A stretch of 64,000 bases of DNA. Origin: Yuukianura sp. NJ FZ-2021. Taxonomy: Eukaryota. Both the position numbers and the translations under genes were made by a program. The stretch is from contig CM102290.1 of the NCBI GenBank assembly GCA_046563655.1, positions 6,510,001 to 6,574,000 of the forward strand. Reading direction: 5' to 3'. This document shows positions 27,923 through 39,141 of the stretch, piece by piece. The notes below the pieces were generated by a model, which made no database searches, was not told the origin of the DNA, and saw nothing but the letters and a program-made list of their open reading frames with translations. Every line of letters begins with the position of its first letter. Within the stretch, counting starts at the first letter, position 1.

Positions 27923-30278
27923 TGTTGGCGGGTAAACCGACGGTTCATAATCTTAGGCTAATTTTACTTTACGTTTACATATATTTTCCATTTCTTAGAA
28001 TAAGGCTATTTTTACTTTAGTAACGGATTAGAAACACTCGTTTCTTCCCTTGTAAACTTCTAACTTACACACACTAATTTACATTGTGTTCTCATTCTGT
28101 GCTTTTCATTACTTAAGGATTAGGAATACTCATTCCTCCTTTTACAATTCAGTGTGCTTTTCTTAGGTTATAAATACTAGTGACATACAGTCACTCAGGG
28201 TCATTCCAATTTTGAGTTTCATTCAGTAACCGTCTTCGCTCTATTCTTACATACATTCAATAAACTAAATAACGTAAATTCTCGATGTCTTGATCTCTCT
28301 GTGGCTTCACCACAATTCACTTGCTCTCCCGCATTCATTGGAGGTCCCGGAGGTCAACGAACATTTTGGTGCCGAAAGACGGTTACTGCCGAAGCCTGGA
28401 CCCAGACTAACACCACTTCACATTCAACATGGCGGAAATCCTTTCTCTCGTCCTTAAGCGAAGAGCCCAGAAGCACAAACTGGCGAAAATCCTAAGGGAC
28501 GTAAGTAACGTCGACTCTCCACCTACACAGTTTGAACTCCACAAACTACTGGATCAAAATGAAAAGATCGAAGGTACTGTCCAATCCATACAAAATGAAA
28601 TCCTAACGTATATGTCTAATGAGGATGACTTAATGCCTCAACTTGAAGCTTCAGAACAGATTGATGACATGATTGTTAAGATCCATGGTCTTATCAATGG
28701 AGAGTTAGCGAAGCTGGATTCCAACACACAAAGTGGATCCACCCTGACCTCCGCTCCGTCAGTCGTTCATCCATCGTCAAAGGTCAAGCTACCAAAACTT
28801 GATCTTCCTACGTTCTCTGGCAGTTACGAAGACTGGCCATCCTTCCGAGATCAATTCGAGGCTTCCATCGTCAACAATGGTGGTTTGTCTGGTTGCGAAA
28901 AGCTGCAGTATCTAAAGTCATCTCTCAAGGACGATGCACTAAAGATAGTCTCGCCATTCGTAATCACCAAAGCTCGGAAAACGACGTAAAAACTTTTTTT
29001 AGCACTTTTAGCACTTTGCGGACTTTTAAAAAATTAAAAAAGTTTTTAAAACTTTTTGGACCATAAAAACTTTTTTAGAACTTTCTTCCTTAAATATGTC
29101 GAAATATGCCAATTTTTTAATCAAAAATGACCAAATTTTGCGTAATATTCCCTATAGTGAGGAGTCTTAACTCGAAAAACATGCCGTGAGTGCCCTTGCC
29201 TCCAAAAAAAACTTTTGTTTCTTGCATAAAACGATTGGAAATTGGTTAAGACGCCTTAAAAAGTGAAAAGGAAGCCTTTTTTTGAAAATGTTTTTGAAAA
29301 AAAGTTTTTTTTCCGGATTCGAAAGATTATGGGTCCGGTTTCAACTTTTCAAAAAAAAAAATTTTTTTTTAGCTAAAGCAACGTATCACAGTGTCAAAAT
29401 GGGTTTTAAGTAAGTTTCGGACTGGACAAAAGTGAATTTTTTTTGTTGATGAGAAGGGTGCCACCTTTCCTTGATTTTCGGGACTTTGGAATGTGAATAG
29501 CTTTGCATTTTGAGCTTGTCACATGAAATAGAGAGCAATTAGTGATATTTTTTAATTTTCGGGACTTTTCACAAATTTTTTTTAGAACTTTTTCGGGACT
29601 TTTTAGACCAATTTTTAAGGACTTTTTAAGTGCTTAAAACACCTTTTTTTGGAGCGTACTTTTCCGAGCTTTGGTAATCACTAATGCTAATTTTCAGGAT
29701 GCTTGGGATTTATGTATCGAGCGATACAACAACACGCGCGAGATCGCATTTTCATTGTTGCGAAAATTGTTTAATCTCTCTAAACTCTTTCAGGAAAATG
29801 CGACTTCACTGAGGAACCTGGTTGACACTTTCGACCAGTGCGTGAGACAGTTACGGAATCTTAACCGTAACGTTGACCAATGGGACGATGTTCTGGTCTT
29901 TACCATAATGGAAAAGTTGGACCCTGACACCAAGAGGGAATTCGCCATCCAACTGTCAGGAACGAACGTTCCTACCTACAAGGAGGTCAAGGACTTTCTT
30001 GAACAACATATTCGTGGTTTCCAGAGCATCTCATCAGCGTCAACAAAACAACCTCAGAAGTCCGTTGAACGTAAGAAGGTTCATGCAGTGAACACTGCAA
30101 AATGCGTTCTCTGCTCAGAGCCACACCCACTATTCAAATGTGCAAAGTTCAATGCCATGACCATTGCTCAACGGATGGACACTGCCAAGGCTCAGCATCG
30201 ATGCTTCAATTGTCTTGGTCTTGCTCATACTCCCAAGAACTGTCATTCCAAGTCTCGCTGTCGTGTGTGTCAAAAGCC
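27923..30278 (+). mobile_element. BEL/Pao LTR retrotransposon, 5' part only (LTR 27923-28363, PBS, gag)
   Basis: TGTTG...GAACA LTR with TATAAA and AATAAA; PBS TGGTGCCGAAA at 28367; gag 28429-28967 + 29682-30278 with KLPKLDLPTFSGSYEDW and Cys/His knuckles, ending abruptly in the third knuckle (CRVCQKP). Confidence 0.85.
28968..29673. mobile_element. MITE (hAT/P-like) inserted in BEL gag
   Basis: TIR CAAAGCTCGGAAAA; 8-bp TSD GTAATCAC; excision restores SPFVITNANFQDAW. Confidence 0.9.
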
Positions 30279-30950
30279 AGTAATAACCTTAGTTTAGCTA
30301 GTAGAACCGAGATGGGAGAATTCCGTCTCAGTTCTGCTGGCTGATTCGTGCTTTATGCTGGAACTGTGAAGTAGGTCAGTGGGAATGTAATGCATCCCCC
30401 ATTCCCCGTCCCCTCCCTGTGCATTGAACAAAACAATGTCAAGCTGAAGACTCTACACACACAAAATTTGAAAAGAGGATTGGAAAAGAGGAATTGAGTA
30501 GTTGCTCTTGAGATGATGCGACACCCCTAATTGCTACAACCCCCCTCCCCCCATTCCCAAATGAAATGATGGAAGTTTGTTTAAGAAAATCAAATTTACA
30601 AAACTGTAAATTTTTGAATTTAGACTACAAAACAAAAAAAAACACACAAAAATATTTTCTGATGTTTGTCGATTCATTGAATGCATAAAACAAATTTGTG
30701 AATGTTTTGGATCCAAATTTTGTTTGGTCTTGTTTGGAGGAGTGTGAGAAAAAGTTTCAGATTCTTCACATAAAATTGATGGGTTTCTCGTCACATCTCA
30801 AAAGAACAAAAGCAATAAAATTTGACTTGACACAACATGTCAGAGTTGACACTCTGTAATCCCCTGTTAACTCGATCAATTTCTTTTCAAAATAAGAGTT
30901 TGTGGATGTAATTTCGCTTAAGTTCTATCAATCGAATATCAGTAACAGAA

Positions 30951-31586
30951 ATGGATCACAGTCAGTTGAAACACTGTCATAATTTTGACAGTGTTGTTTT
31001 TAAAAATAAGTTGCCAGAATCCCATCCAGCTCTTTCTTTTTTAGAAAAAGAGGGTACTATTTTTGGTAGAAAAGGCGAAGTTTTGGAATTTTCTGAGTCC
31101 TCATCAGAGGATTCAGACGGCGATGACGAAGAGAATGGAGGGCTGTCGCGCCGCTACTGGCGCAAAAAAATTCGAGTGAGACCCCAAGTGGACTTAAGAA
31201 CGTACAGAATGAGAATAAGGCATGGAAAGTAAGTGGAAAACTTTTTTTCAAATAAAAATGTATGTTTGAAAAGTGAAGTTTTATAAAAAAAAAAAAAACT
31301 CTATTTTCAGGCCTTGTGTATTTAGTTTCAAAATCATGACGATGATGAAGAAGCAAGGTTGGATTCCAGGCCAACGGCTGGGAAAAAACGGGACTGGTCC
31401 ACTCTATCCAGAAAGTTGTTTAACAAGAAGTTCTGAATATGTTAATAGTGTTATTTTATGTAAGTTAATTAATTTTCATTTGTGATGTAGATGTATGCGG
31501 AGGAAAGCCAGGAGCTTTGGGGTCAACACTCGGACGGTCGCGGGTTAGGAGCGGAAAGTGTGAAAAGTTTTATGCTCGCAAAATAA
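30951..31586 (+). CDS. Small spliced G-patch domain protein
   Basis: Exon 30951-31228, then an exon from 31311 encoding KIMTMMKKQGWIPGQRLGKNGTGPLYP, then a last exon from 31491 with GRGLG. The last junction phase is uncertain. Confidence 0.65.
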
Positions 31587-34265
31587 TTTTTGTTGGTTAA
31601 ATAAAAAGTTTGCATTATCAATAAAATTTGATTAATTTGAGAATGAAAAGTGTTTTGGTTTTGGGAATTCGAGTATAGTCTTTGCAGTTTGGTTAGCTTG
31701 AAAGATTACGAGTTTGAAGGTAATTTCTTTAATTTTTGGTATTTTTATGAATTGAAGCGGTTGAGCCGCGGCAGCCTTTTTTACAAATTTCCTTTTAGAA
31801 AATTTAGATTAGGTTTTTTCATGATTTTGGAATTTTTTTTTGCTTGACTCAAAAATAGTTGTACGAAGTTGGAATGAAGTGTTTTTTTTTGCTTTGTGAA
31901 AGAGAGGAGTCGACGAAGCTTTGTGTTTCTTAGGATTTGGAGAAAAAGATGCTGGATCTCCAAATCTGTCAAATACTTTGACGGTATTTGATCCACGAAT
32001 TGTTCTAGTAATTAAATAAGTAACTCAATTGCCCAGTGGTGTAAATGATCCATTGAGCAATTGAGTTTGTGAGGAGGTTACTCCCTCTCCCGTCCGAAAT
32101 TCATTTCTTTTTAGTCTTGGTTTCTTATGAAACCAAGACTCCTCCCCAAGTCCAGTATTTTCCCCCACTAGCCCTTGCCATGCTCCTGCAAAGGAACATG
32201 ACAAGGCGTTTTTCCCACTCCGCCGTGTGTTTTTCCCCTCGCCGAATCCCCCAAACCACCTTCGAGAAGATTCTAGAAACTTCTGCCTGTTCACAGGCAG
32301 AAGCCCAATCCCACTTCCTCCTGGCAGTCCACTTCCAACCGCAGAGCAGTCCAGTCCTCGTCACTCGTCTCTCCGTCCTCCGCCATCTTCGTTTTCTGGC
32401 CCGTTGGCCACGCCGACATCACTGGATATCCTCTGGACATCACTGGACATCATTGAACATCCCTAGACATCACTGGACATCCCTAGACATCACTAAACAC
32501 TACAATTTGGTTCTTTTTTCATTTATTTATTTAAAATAAACGTTTCCGTGTCTTTCCCCCATTATCCGCCCACTCCACGTCTGATTTATTGTTCCGGGTC
32601 ACTCTCGTGACCCGTCCATTGACCCATCATCCCGGGTGCCTGCACGGCGGCCCGTTGAGGAGTCTACCTCCTCTCAAGTGGGGCCTCAGACGGGCTTTCC
32701 TTGACCCTTGACCCCAATTTGACCCCATTTAGCCTCACTCCCATATCCCTACCTAACATTAATTCCTTTTTTTAGATCATTTTTTTGTTCATTTTTGTCT
32801 AATCTTGTATCGATTTTTTTCAGCTCCCAATTGAGCCAAAGAAGCGAGAGCCACCGAATTGTCCTCTGAGCCACCGTATCTCTTCCGAGCCACCGACTTT
32901 CTTCTGAACAACCGCCCTCCGAGCGACTACTGAGCCACCGAAGAGCCACCAAGGTCAAATCAAAGGTCAGGTTGTTGTTTTGTTGCGTTGTAGCGCCCCA
33001 CCCCCCGGCGTTTATCCCCCTACTCCCTTAAAGTGACCCCATTTTTTGCGCTAAATCGCTTTCCCTACACCTCCCCCACGCAAAATTTTTTCAAAACTTA
33101 AAAACTTAGCGTTTTTTTTTTGTCCCCACCAGCCCCACCAAAGCCTAAAACAAGTCCCACCGTCCACATAAGGTTATTAACCTCCCATAAGTGACCTTCC
33201 CCTTCCCTGAACCTTACCTAAAATTGAAATTCGAAATCCCTAAACAAACCCTGTCCAAAATTTTCTAAAATTTCAAACACTTTGTAGATTTTTCAAAATT
33301 TTGTATCCCCCCCCCCCACTGAACAGTACCTAAATTGAATTTCCCTCACCCCGTAACAAAACTCTGCCCAAATTTTTCTCAAATCCAAAAACTTAGCGAA
33401 TTTTCGAATTTGTTTATCCCTCCCCCCATTGGAACATCACCCAATTTGCATTTCCCTCACTTCGTACCAAAACGCTGCCCGATTTTTCCCAAATTCAAAA
33501 CACTTAGCGGTTTTTCTCCCAAGTCCCCACTGGTTATCCCCCCAACTGCAACATCCAACTACACAGTCTGCCTCGATCGCAACCACTTGCGACTTGGACG
33601 CAACCAGGTGCGACTTTTCCCCAGATTCGTCGGATAAATTCCCAATTGCGATTTCGCATATCCCCACGTCGCAGTACCCTACCTAATCGTCGGAATTCTT
33701 CAGATTTCTCAGATTTTCAATTCCGAAAGCCCCTACCCACCCCAAATTTTCTCAAAGTCGGTGTGTTATGGTTCAACCTTCCCCTCTTTTGGTTGAATTC
33801 TTTCTTTGGTTTTGCGGTGTGTTGGTTTGGCTCTCGTTAGCCAAAGTGACTACGGCTATTTTGGTTTTCGCGTGTTGTTGGCTCATTCTTCATCGGATTT
33901 AAAAGGTTTTGGTGGAATTTGGTGCAAACCATAGCCCCATAGCCCATCTTCGTTTCTTTAATCAATTTTTCTTTTGTTTTTAGGTTTTCGGTATTATAAT
34001 TTAAAAATAGCATAGTCCCTTAATTAAGAAAACAATTATTTTTTGTCCAATTACTAATTCTCCCTATATTCCAGAAAAGTATCCCCGCTCCCCCGAATGA
34101 TTGAAACGACGGTGTGGCTAATCCTGGTCCTGGTACTCACTGTCATCTACGAAGTCCTACGAAACATTTTGGAACGATTCCTCCTCCGACAACTGAGACG
34201 GCTGTTCCACCAGTAGCAAGTTACTTCGAGTAACTGTTGTAAACCCCCCGCCCCTGACCCCACCC

Positions 34266-34640
34266 ATGTGGAACTTTCTCTACTGGTTGCGATTGTCCCT
34301 GATCTTAGTCCTTTCCCTGGTTGGCATCTATTTGGGTGCTCATCTCATTTTTGGCTGTTACTTCGTCCTAACCTCAGCAACTAAGAGTTGTTTTTACGGA
34401 ACCCTAGCCACTGTCATTGACTTTCTGGTTCTCCACCTGTTCCCCATTTACCGATTGCGACAATACCCAAACGAATACCAGATCTTCCTTAAAGTTTTAC
34501 CCTATACCGAAGCTTACTATTACATTGCCCTAATAGTACGGTTAAACCACTACCATTGGAGTTGGTTCGGTCCCTGGTTCAGAACCCTTCTCGTCATCTT
34601 TGCCCGCTACCAAGGACTACTTGTCATTGACGAGTATTAA
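34266..34640 (+). CDS. Hydrophobic, putative multi-TM ORF upstream of gag
   Basis: 124-aa ORF with long hydrophobic runs; possibly a frameshifted gag N-terminus. Confidence 0.45.
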   Translation: MWNFLYWLRLSLILVLSLVGIYLGAHLIFGCYFVLTSATKSCFYGTLATVIDFLVLHLFPIYRLRQYPNEYQIFLKVLPYTEAYYYIALIVRLNHYHWSWFGPWFRTLLVIFARYQGLLVIDEY

Positions 34641-34655
34641 CCCCCCTTCCGAAAA

Positions 34656-36017
34656 ATGGTTTGGTTCAGTACCCACTACGCCCCGGAGATCCAACCCCAA
34701 CCCCGCCAAAGACGAAACAGTCAGACAAACACTGTTTCCATACCAGTCCCTGTCCCAGTCCCCACAACCCAAGGTACGTCGATTCCAGTACCCACAAGCA
34801 TTCCCCGACCAATAACCCCCACACCCAATGTATCCCCCACAGCAGCAGGAAGTTTCCCCAATGCAGCCCAAATGGTGTCCACTCCCCAATCTCAGCCAAA
34901 TCAACAAGACCCCCGCCCTGACATCAAGGTCTTCAAGTACATTCGGAAATATGATGGCACCACAGATCCTGCAGAATTTCTAGCCCGCTACATGTACGAT
35001 TTAGCCGGTTCTGGCTTTGGTCCCCAAGGAGCCCTAATCCATTTCGACCGCGTCGTAACGGGAGTTGCTCAATCTTGGTTTGCCTCCGTATGGCCAAGTT
35101 TTCGAGCACGACTGGAAGCTACAAATGCCAATGCAGAAGAAATATGGAACGACTTTGAACTCCGGTTTGTTGCTCATTTTTCCCTCCGCGAACGTGCCGA
35201 AGAGCTTCGTAACATCAACAAAGCCCTACGCTACAAACTGGGTGACAACATCGACAAGTACGTTGCAGAAAAGCTGGAACTAATGTCCAAGATCAACCCC
35301 TACATGAGCAAAGAATCCAAAGTCAAACGTCTTGTCCGCGGTTTACCCCCAGACTTAGAACAGTCTTTCGTTCTCCAGTCCATCCCCACTACTGCTGATT
35401 TCCAAAAGCTTCTGCGCAGAGTCGCAGAAGTTCATACCCGCCCCAAAGAAGTGTCAGCCCAAGTCCTTACCCTCCATGCGCTGGAATCTGGAAATAACCC
35501 CTCACCCCAGCCCTATTACCCCCCAGTTGGTACACAACCAGCTCCCCAGTACCCAGTACAGCAGCCAGTCTCTCAGTACCAAACCCAGACCCTAATTCCC
35601 ACAGCACAAGCAGCCGGACAGACACAGCCACAACGTAGACGTGCAGAAGATGGACGTCCTATTTGCGATTTTTGTAGTCGCACAGGCCACATCCAGCGTT
35701 ACTGCCACAACTGGTGGAGAAGCCAAGGCAAGGATCCCCTCGCCAACGGATGTCACCCCCTCAAACCCCGTCCCACACAGCCGCAAGGTTATGGTCAGGT
35801 CCCACAGCAGCCTGTGTCTTACGCTCAGGCTGTTGCCCCCCAAACTTCCGTGGTTTTCAAACCAAACCCTGGACCCTCCCATGCCCCTCAAGCGGCTCCA
35901 ATCCCACAAAACCCAGATGACCATTGGGGTCCAAGGATTATCCAAGGCTTTTCAGCCATGACTGAACTCCTCAAGAAGATTGGGGATGCCATTGTTCCCA
36001 AGCCACCGGAAAACTAA
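34656..36017 (+). CDS. gag: Gypsy-type Gag
   Basis: KYDGTTDPAEFL, AQSWF, KVKRLVRGL and the CCHC knuckle CDFCSRTGHIQRYC. Confidence 0.85.
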   Translation: MVWFSTHYAPEIQPQPRQRRNSQTNTVSIPVPVPVPTTQGTSIPVPTSIPRPITPTPNVSPTAAGSFPNAAQMVSTPQSQPNQQDPRPDIKVFKYIRKYDGTTDPAEFLARYMYDLAGSGFGPQGALIHFDRVVTGVAQSWFASVWPSFRARLEATNANAEEIWNDFELRFVAHFSLRERAEELRNINKALRYKLGDNIDKYVAEKLELMSKINPYMSKESKVKRLVRGLPPDLEQSFVLQSIPTTADFQKLLRRVAEVHTRPKEVSAQVLTLHALESGNNPSPQPYYPPVGTQPAPQYPVQQPVSQYQTQTLIPTAQAAGQTQPQRRRAEDGRPICDFCSRTGHIQRYCHNWWRSQGKDPLANGCHPLKPRPTQPQGYGQVPQQPVSYAQAVAPQTSVVFKPNPGPSHAPQAAPIPQNPDDHWGPRIIQGFSAMTELLKKIGDAIVPKPPEN

Positions 36018-36689
36018 TAGCGCTGTCGTTGCAGGGACGACAGCCGCTTCCAGTCCACACCCCTACCATGACCTCACCACCAAACAATGCACAACTTAGA
36101 ACCAAAAGACGTAAAAACAAACAACCAACTTTCCCCATTTATAAGAACTTGTCGGCTTTTGGCAGAAAGCCCAGTTCTCAGAATCCAGTCATTTCCCAGG
36201 AGTTATACACCAAACTCCAACAGGCCCTAAATCAAAAAGTGTCCTGTCCCAAATGTTGTTCCCACAATGACCGTACTTTACCCTTAGTCGTTGGGGAGGC
36301 ACCTCAAACCTCTCCACACGATTTTCCCGCCGTTTCCAGACCCAAATCCCGTTGTGTGCCTTCCGATGTTTCCGTAAAGCCTGTCGTTTCCGTAGCCATT
36401 GGTACTTCAGACCTTTGTGTTTTCCCCCCATTGAACCCCCAGCCGTTATGCCCCCTTCTTGCCCCGAATTTTCGTTGACCTCCAGATTTGGGATCCACCC
36501 GAACAATGTGAGCCGAGTTGATGATTGGGTTGCTACAGCCAGTCCAGACGCAGACGCAGTTTCCCCAGTATTTCCGCCCCAAGCCCCAATGTCCCCAGAC
36601 CCAGACTCAGAACTACCCTGTGGTGTTTCCGCCGCGAATGTAATAGCCGCCCTCAATAGACGTTCCCTCTGTCCCCTTCCAATCCCTAG

Positions 36690-37945
36690 CGCTGGACTAC
36701 ATTGGCCCCTTCCCCCTAACGGCGAGAAGAAACACGTACATCTTGACCATTGTTGACCTCCACACCCGCTATGTCGAAGCCTGGCCAGTCCCCGCAGCAA
36801 CTTCTGCTCACGCCATCAAGGTCCTGACGAAACATGTCCTCTACCGACACGGAGTCCCCAAAATCCTTCTCTCCGATCGTGGTTCGGTTTTCCAGTCGGA
36901 AGAATTCGCTGAATTCTGTAACCACCACGCCATTGAACATCGCAGTACGACTTCCTATCATCCCCAGTCAAATGGCGTTTGTGAGCGTCACAACGGCACT
37001 GTCAAATCCGTCATCGCGAAATTCGTTTCTGACAATCACAAAGATTGGGACCTCCACGTTCCCCGTGCCGTCTTCTCCCTAAATTGTTCCGTCCACAAAA
37101 CTACGACTTTCTCTGCGTACTTCTTGGTTTACGGTCGTGAGCCTGTTCTTCCCGTTGACAAGCTCTTCCTCTTGCCCCCTGACGAATTACCCCAAGACGA
37201 TTACTTAGATCGTTTATTTGAGGCAAATAATGTCGCTCACGAGCTGTCTCGAGAACAACAAATAATTCGTGCGCAAGCCCAAACGCAAGTCCACTACCCC
37301 AAATACGTCGTCGGGATGAAAGTCCTTGTCCGAAACTTCCAGAAGAAAAAGTCCCACGTCAAAAAGTTCACCCGAAAATGGAATGGTCCCTACAAAATTT
37401 TAGAAGTCTACGCAAACTCCACCGTTCGTATCACTTCCCTTGTCCCCCATAAGCCCTACGAGACAGTTGTCAGTATCCAGCGTTTAAAACCCTATAAGGC
37501 GCGTGAGGAAAGCTCCTCTGCGTCAGCGGAAAGTAGTTCCTCCACTTACGAGTCGTGTGACAGCGATTTTGAGCCCCCTCCCGTCGTTTCCGAACCAGCC
37601 GTTGCCAGAAATTTCCAGCCCCAGAACCAAAAAGAATTGCCCCACAGACAAAACAATTTGCCCCAAAATGACCCCAGTCCTTCAAAACTGCCCCTACCCC
37701 AAAATTCTGACCCTCCCGATAATGTAATTCCAAGTACCGAATCGCGTTGTGACAAAGAAATCCCAATTCCATCGATTGCGCAAGCGCAGGACCCCCTGCC
37801 TCCTGTTGTTAGCGAAAATCCCAATGTTTGTGTCCCTGCCAACACGAACCCCCCGATTTCTAATCGCCCAAAACGCGCTGCTGGCCCCAAAGCTACTTTC
37901 CGTTTAGCGCGAAAATATGAGCGCAAAACGCACCTGACTGAGTAA
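36690..37945 (+). CDS. Retroviral-type integrase core + GPY-like domain, without the N-terminal HHCC
   Basis: DYIGP, IVDLHTRYVEA, LSDRGSVF, TSYHPQSNGVCER and KWNGPYKI. The start coordinate is approximate. Confidence 0.85.
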
Positions 37946-37979
37946 TTTTACTCATACTGTTCTTTTTATATATTTGCAG

Positions 37980-39141
37980 ATGGACGAGGAGATGGACCTT
38001 GGGCCTGAAGAAGGCATCGCTGAAGTTGATCTGGCCAAAGAGGAAGAAGAAGCGTTGCTACGAGCATCACCACCGCCTCCGGATTCGCCTTCCTCTTCGG
38101 ATTCTTCGTCATCTTCATCTCCAGCCACTGTCATCGCCTCTCCAGCTCCTCCAGCACCAGTCGTTGTCGTCTCTCCGCCTCCACCAACTCCGTCTACTTC
38201 AACTCCTGCTCAAAATGCTGCTCCGACGCCAATGGACGCTGCCGATGTTGATTGGGATTCTCCTGCCCCTCCGAAGACTCCCCCCAAGACCCCCCAACTA
38301 CTGCCCCCCCTCCTCTACCCAAGCACACGGTTCCCTTCGTAGCCTCCAAGAGATGGTTTCTACCCCACCCTCATCTTCTGTAACCCCAAAGCTCCGATCT
38401 GTTGTCGTTGTTCCCCCCAAATCCTGTTTGAACCCCAATTCCCGTCCCAGCGGCTCAAAAACCGTTCCCACTTCAATTCTTAAGAGAGGTGCGGCCACTA
38501 AAGTTCCCTCCCTTATGGATTTGAAATTCCCTGATGGCCCACCAAAACTCCCCAAAGCTGGATCTTCCAGTTCCCGCCCCACTACATACCCCCCACGTCC
38601 ACTTGACCCACCAATTCGCCCACAACCACTTTTCCCGCCAATTCCGTCTTCCTCTGCTTCCATTCCCCCAATTCCTACCCCAGCTCCTTCAGTTCCTACC
38701 CCAGCTACTTCAGTTCCCATTCCCACTTCCGCTACTTCCACTACAACCGTTTCTCCCATGTTGTCTGTCACTTCCCATGTAGTTTCCCCCAATTCCGGCA
38801 CTTCCATCACGATTTCCTCGCCCCATAACCTCTCTACACTTTTGCCTTCCAATATCCCGGGTTACGGACTCCTCTACACCCTAATCCCCACTGGTGTTAC
38901 CTCCGTCAACGTCACTTTCGGCAGTTCCCCCCAAAATTCTACTTCCCCCCAATTGGTTTCCCCCTCCGTTCCAGTACCACCACAAGTCCCAGCACCAGTT
39001 CCAGCACCAGCCCCAATTCCCCCTCCACCTCAAAATCCACCGCCGCTGCCCCCTCCACCTCCCCGCCATCAGCGTCGAGCTCAATTCTGGGCTTCGAGCT
39101 CCCAAAACCCGAACCGTCACCCCCAAAATCCCCCCAAGTAG
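37980..39141 (+). CDS. Pro/Ser-rich ORF at the env position, preceded by a splice acceptor; frameshifted at a C-run near 38305
   Basis: TTTTTATATATTTGCAG|ATG; an acidic N-terminus followed by a proline-rich low-complexity region. Confidence 0.45.

Noticed and set aside
32069..32539. 156-aa ORF duplicated at 39208-39678 as a gene pair
   Set aside because: It is just the LTR sequence present twice; no recognisable protein features.
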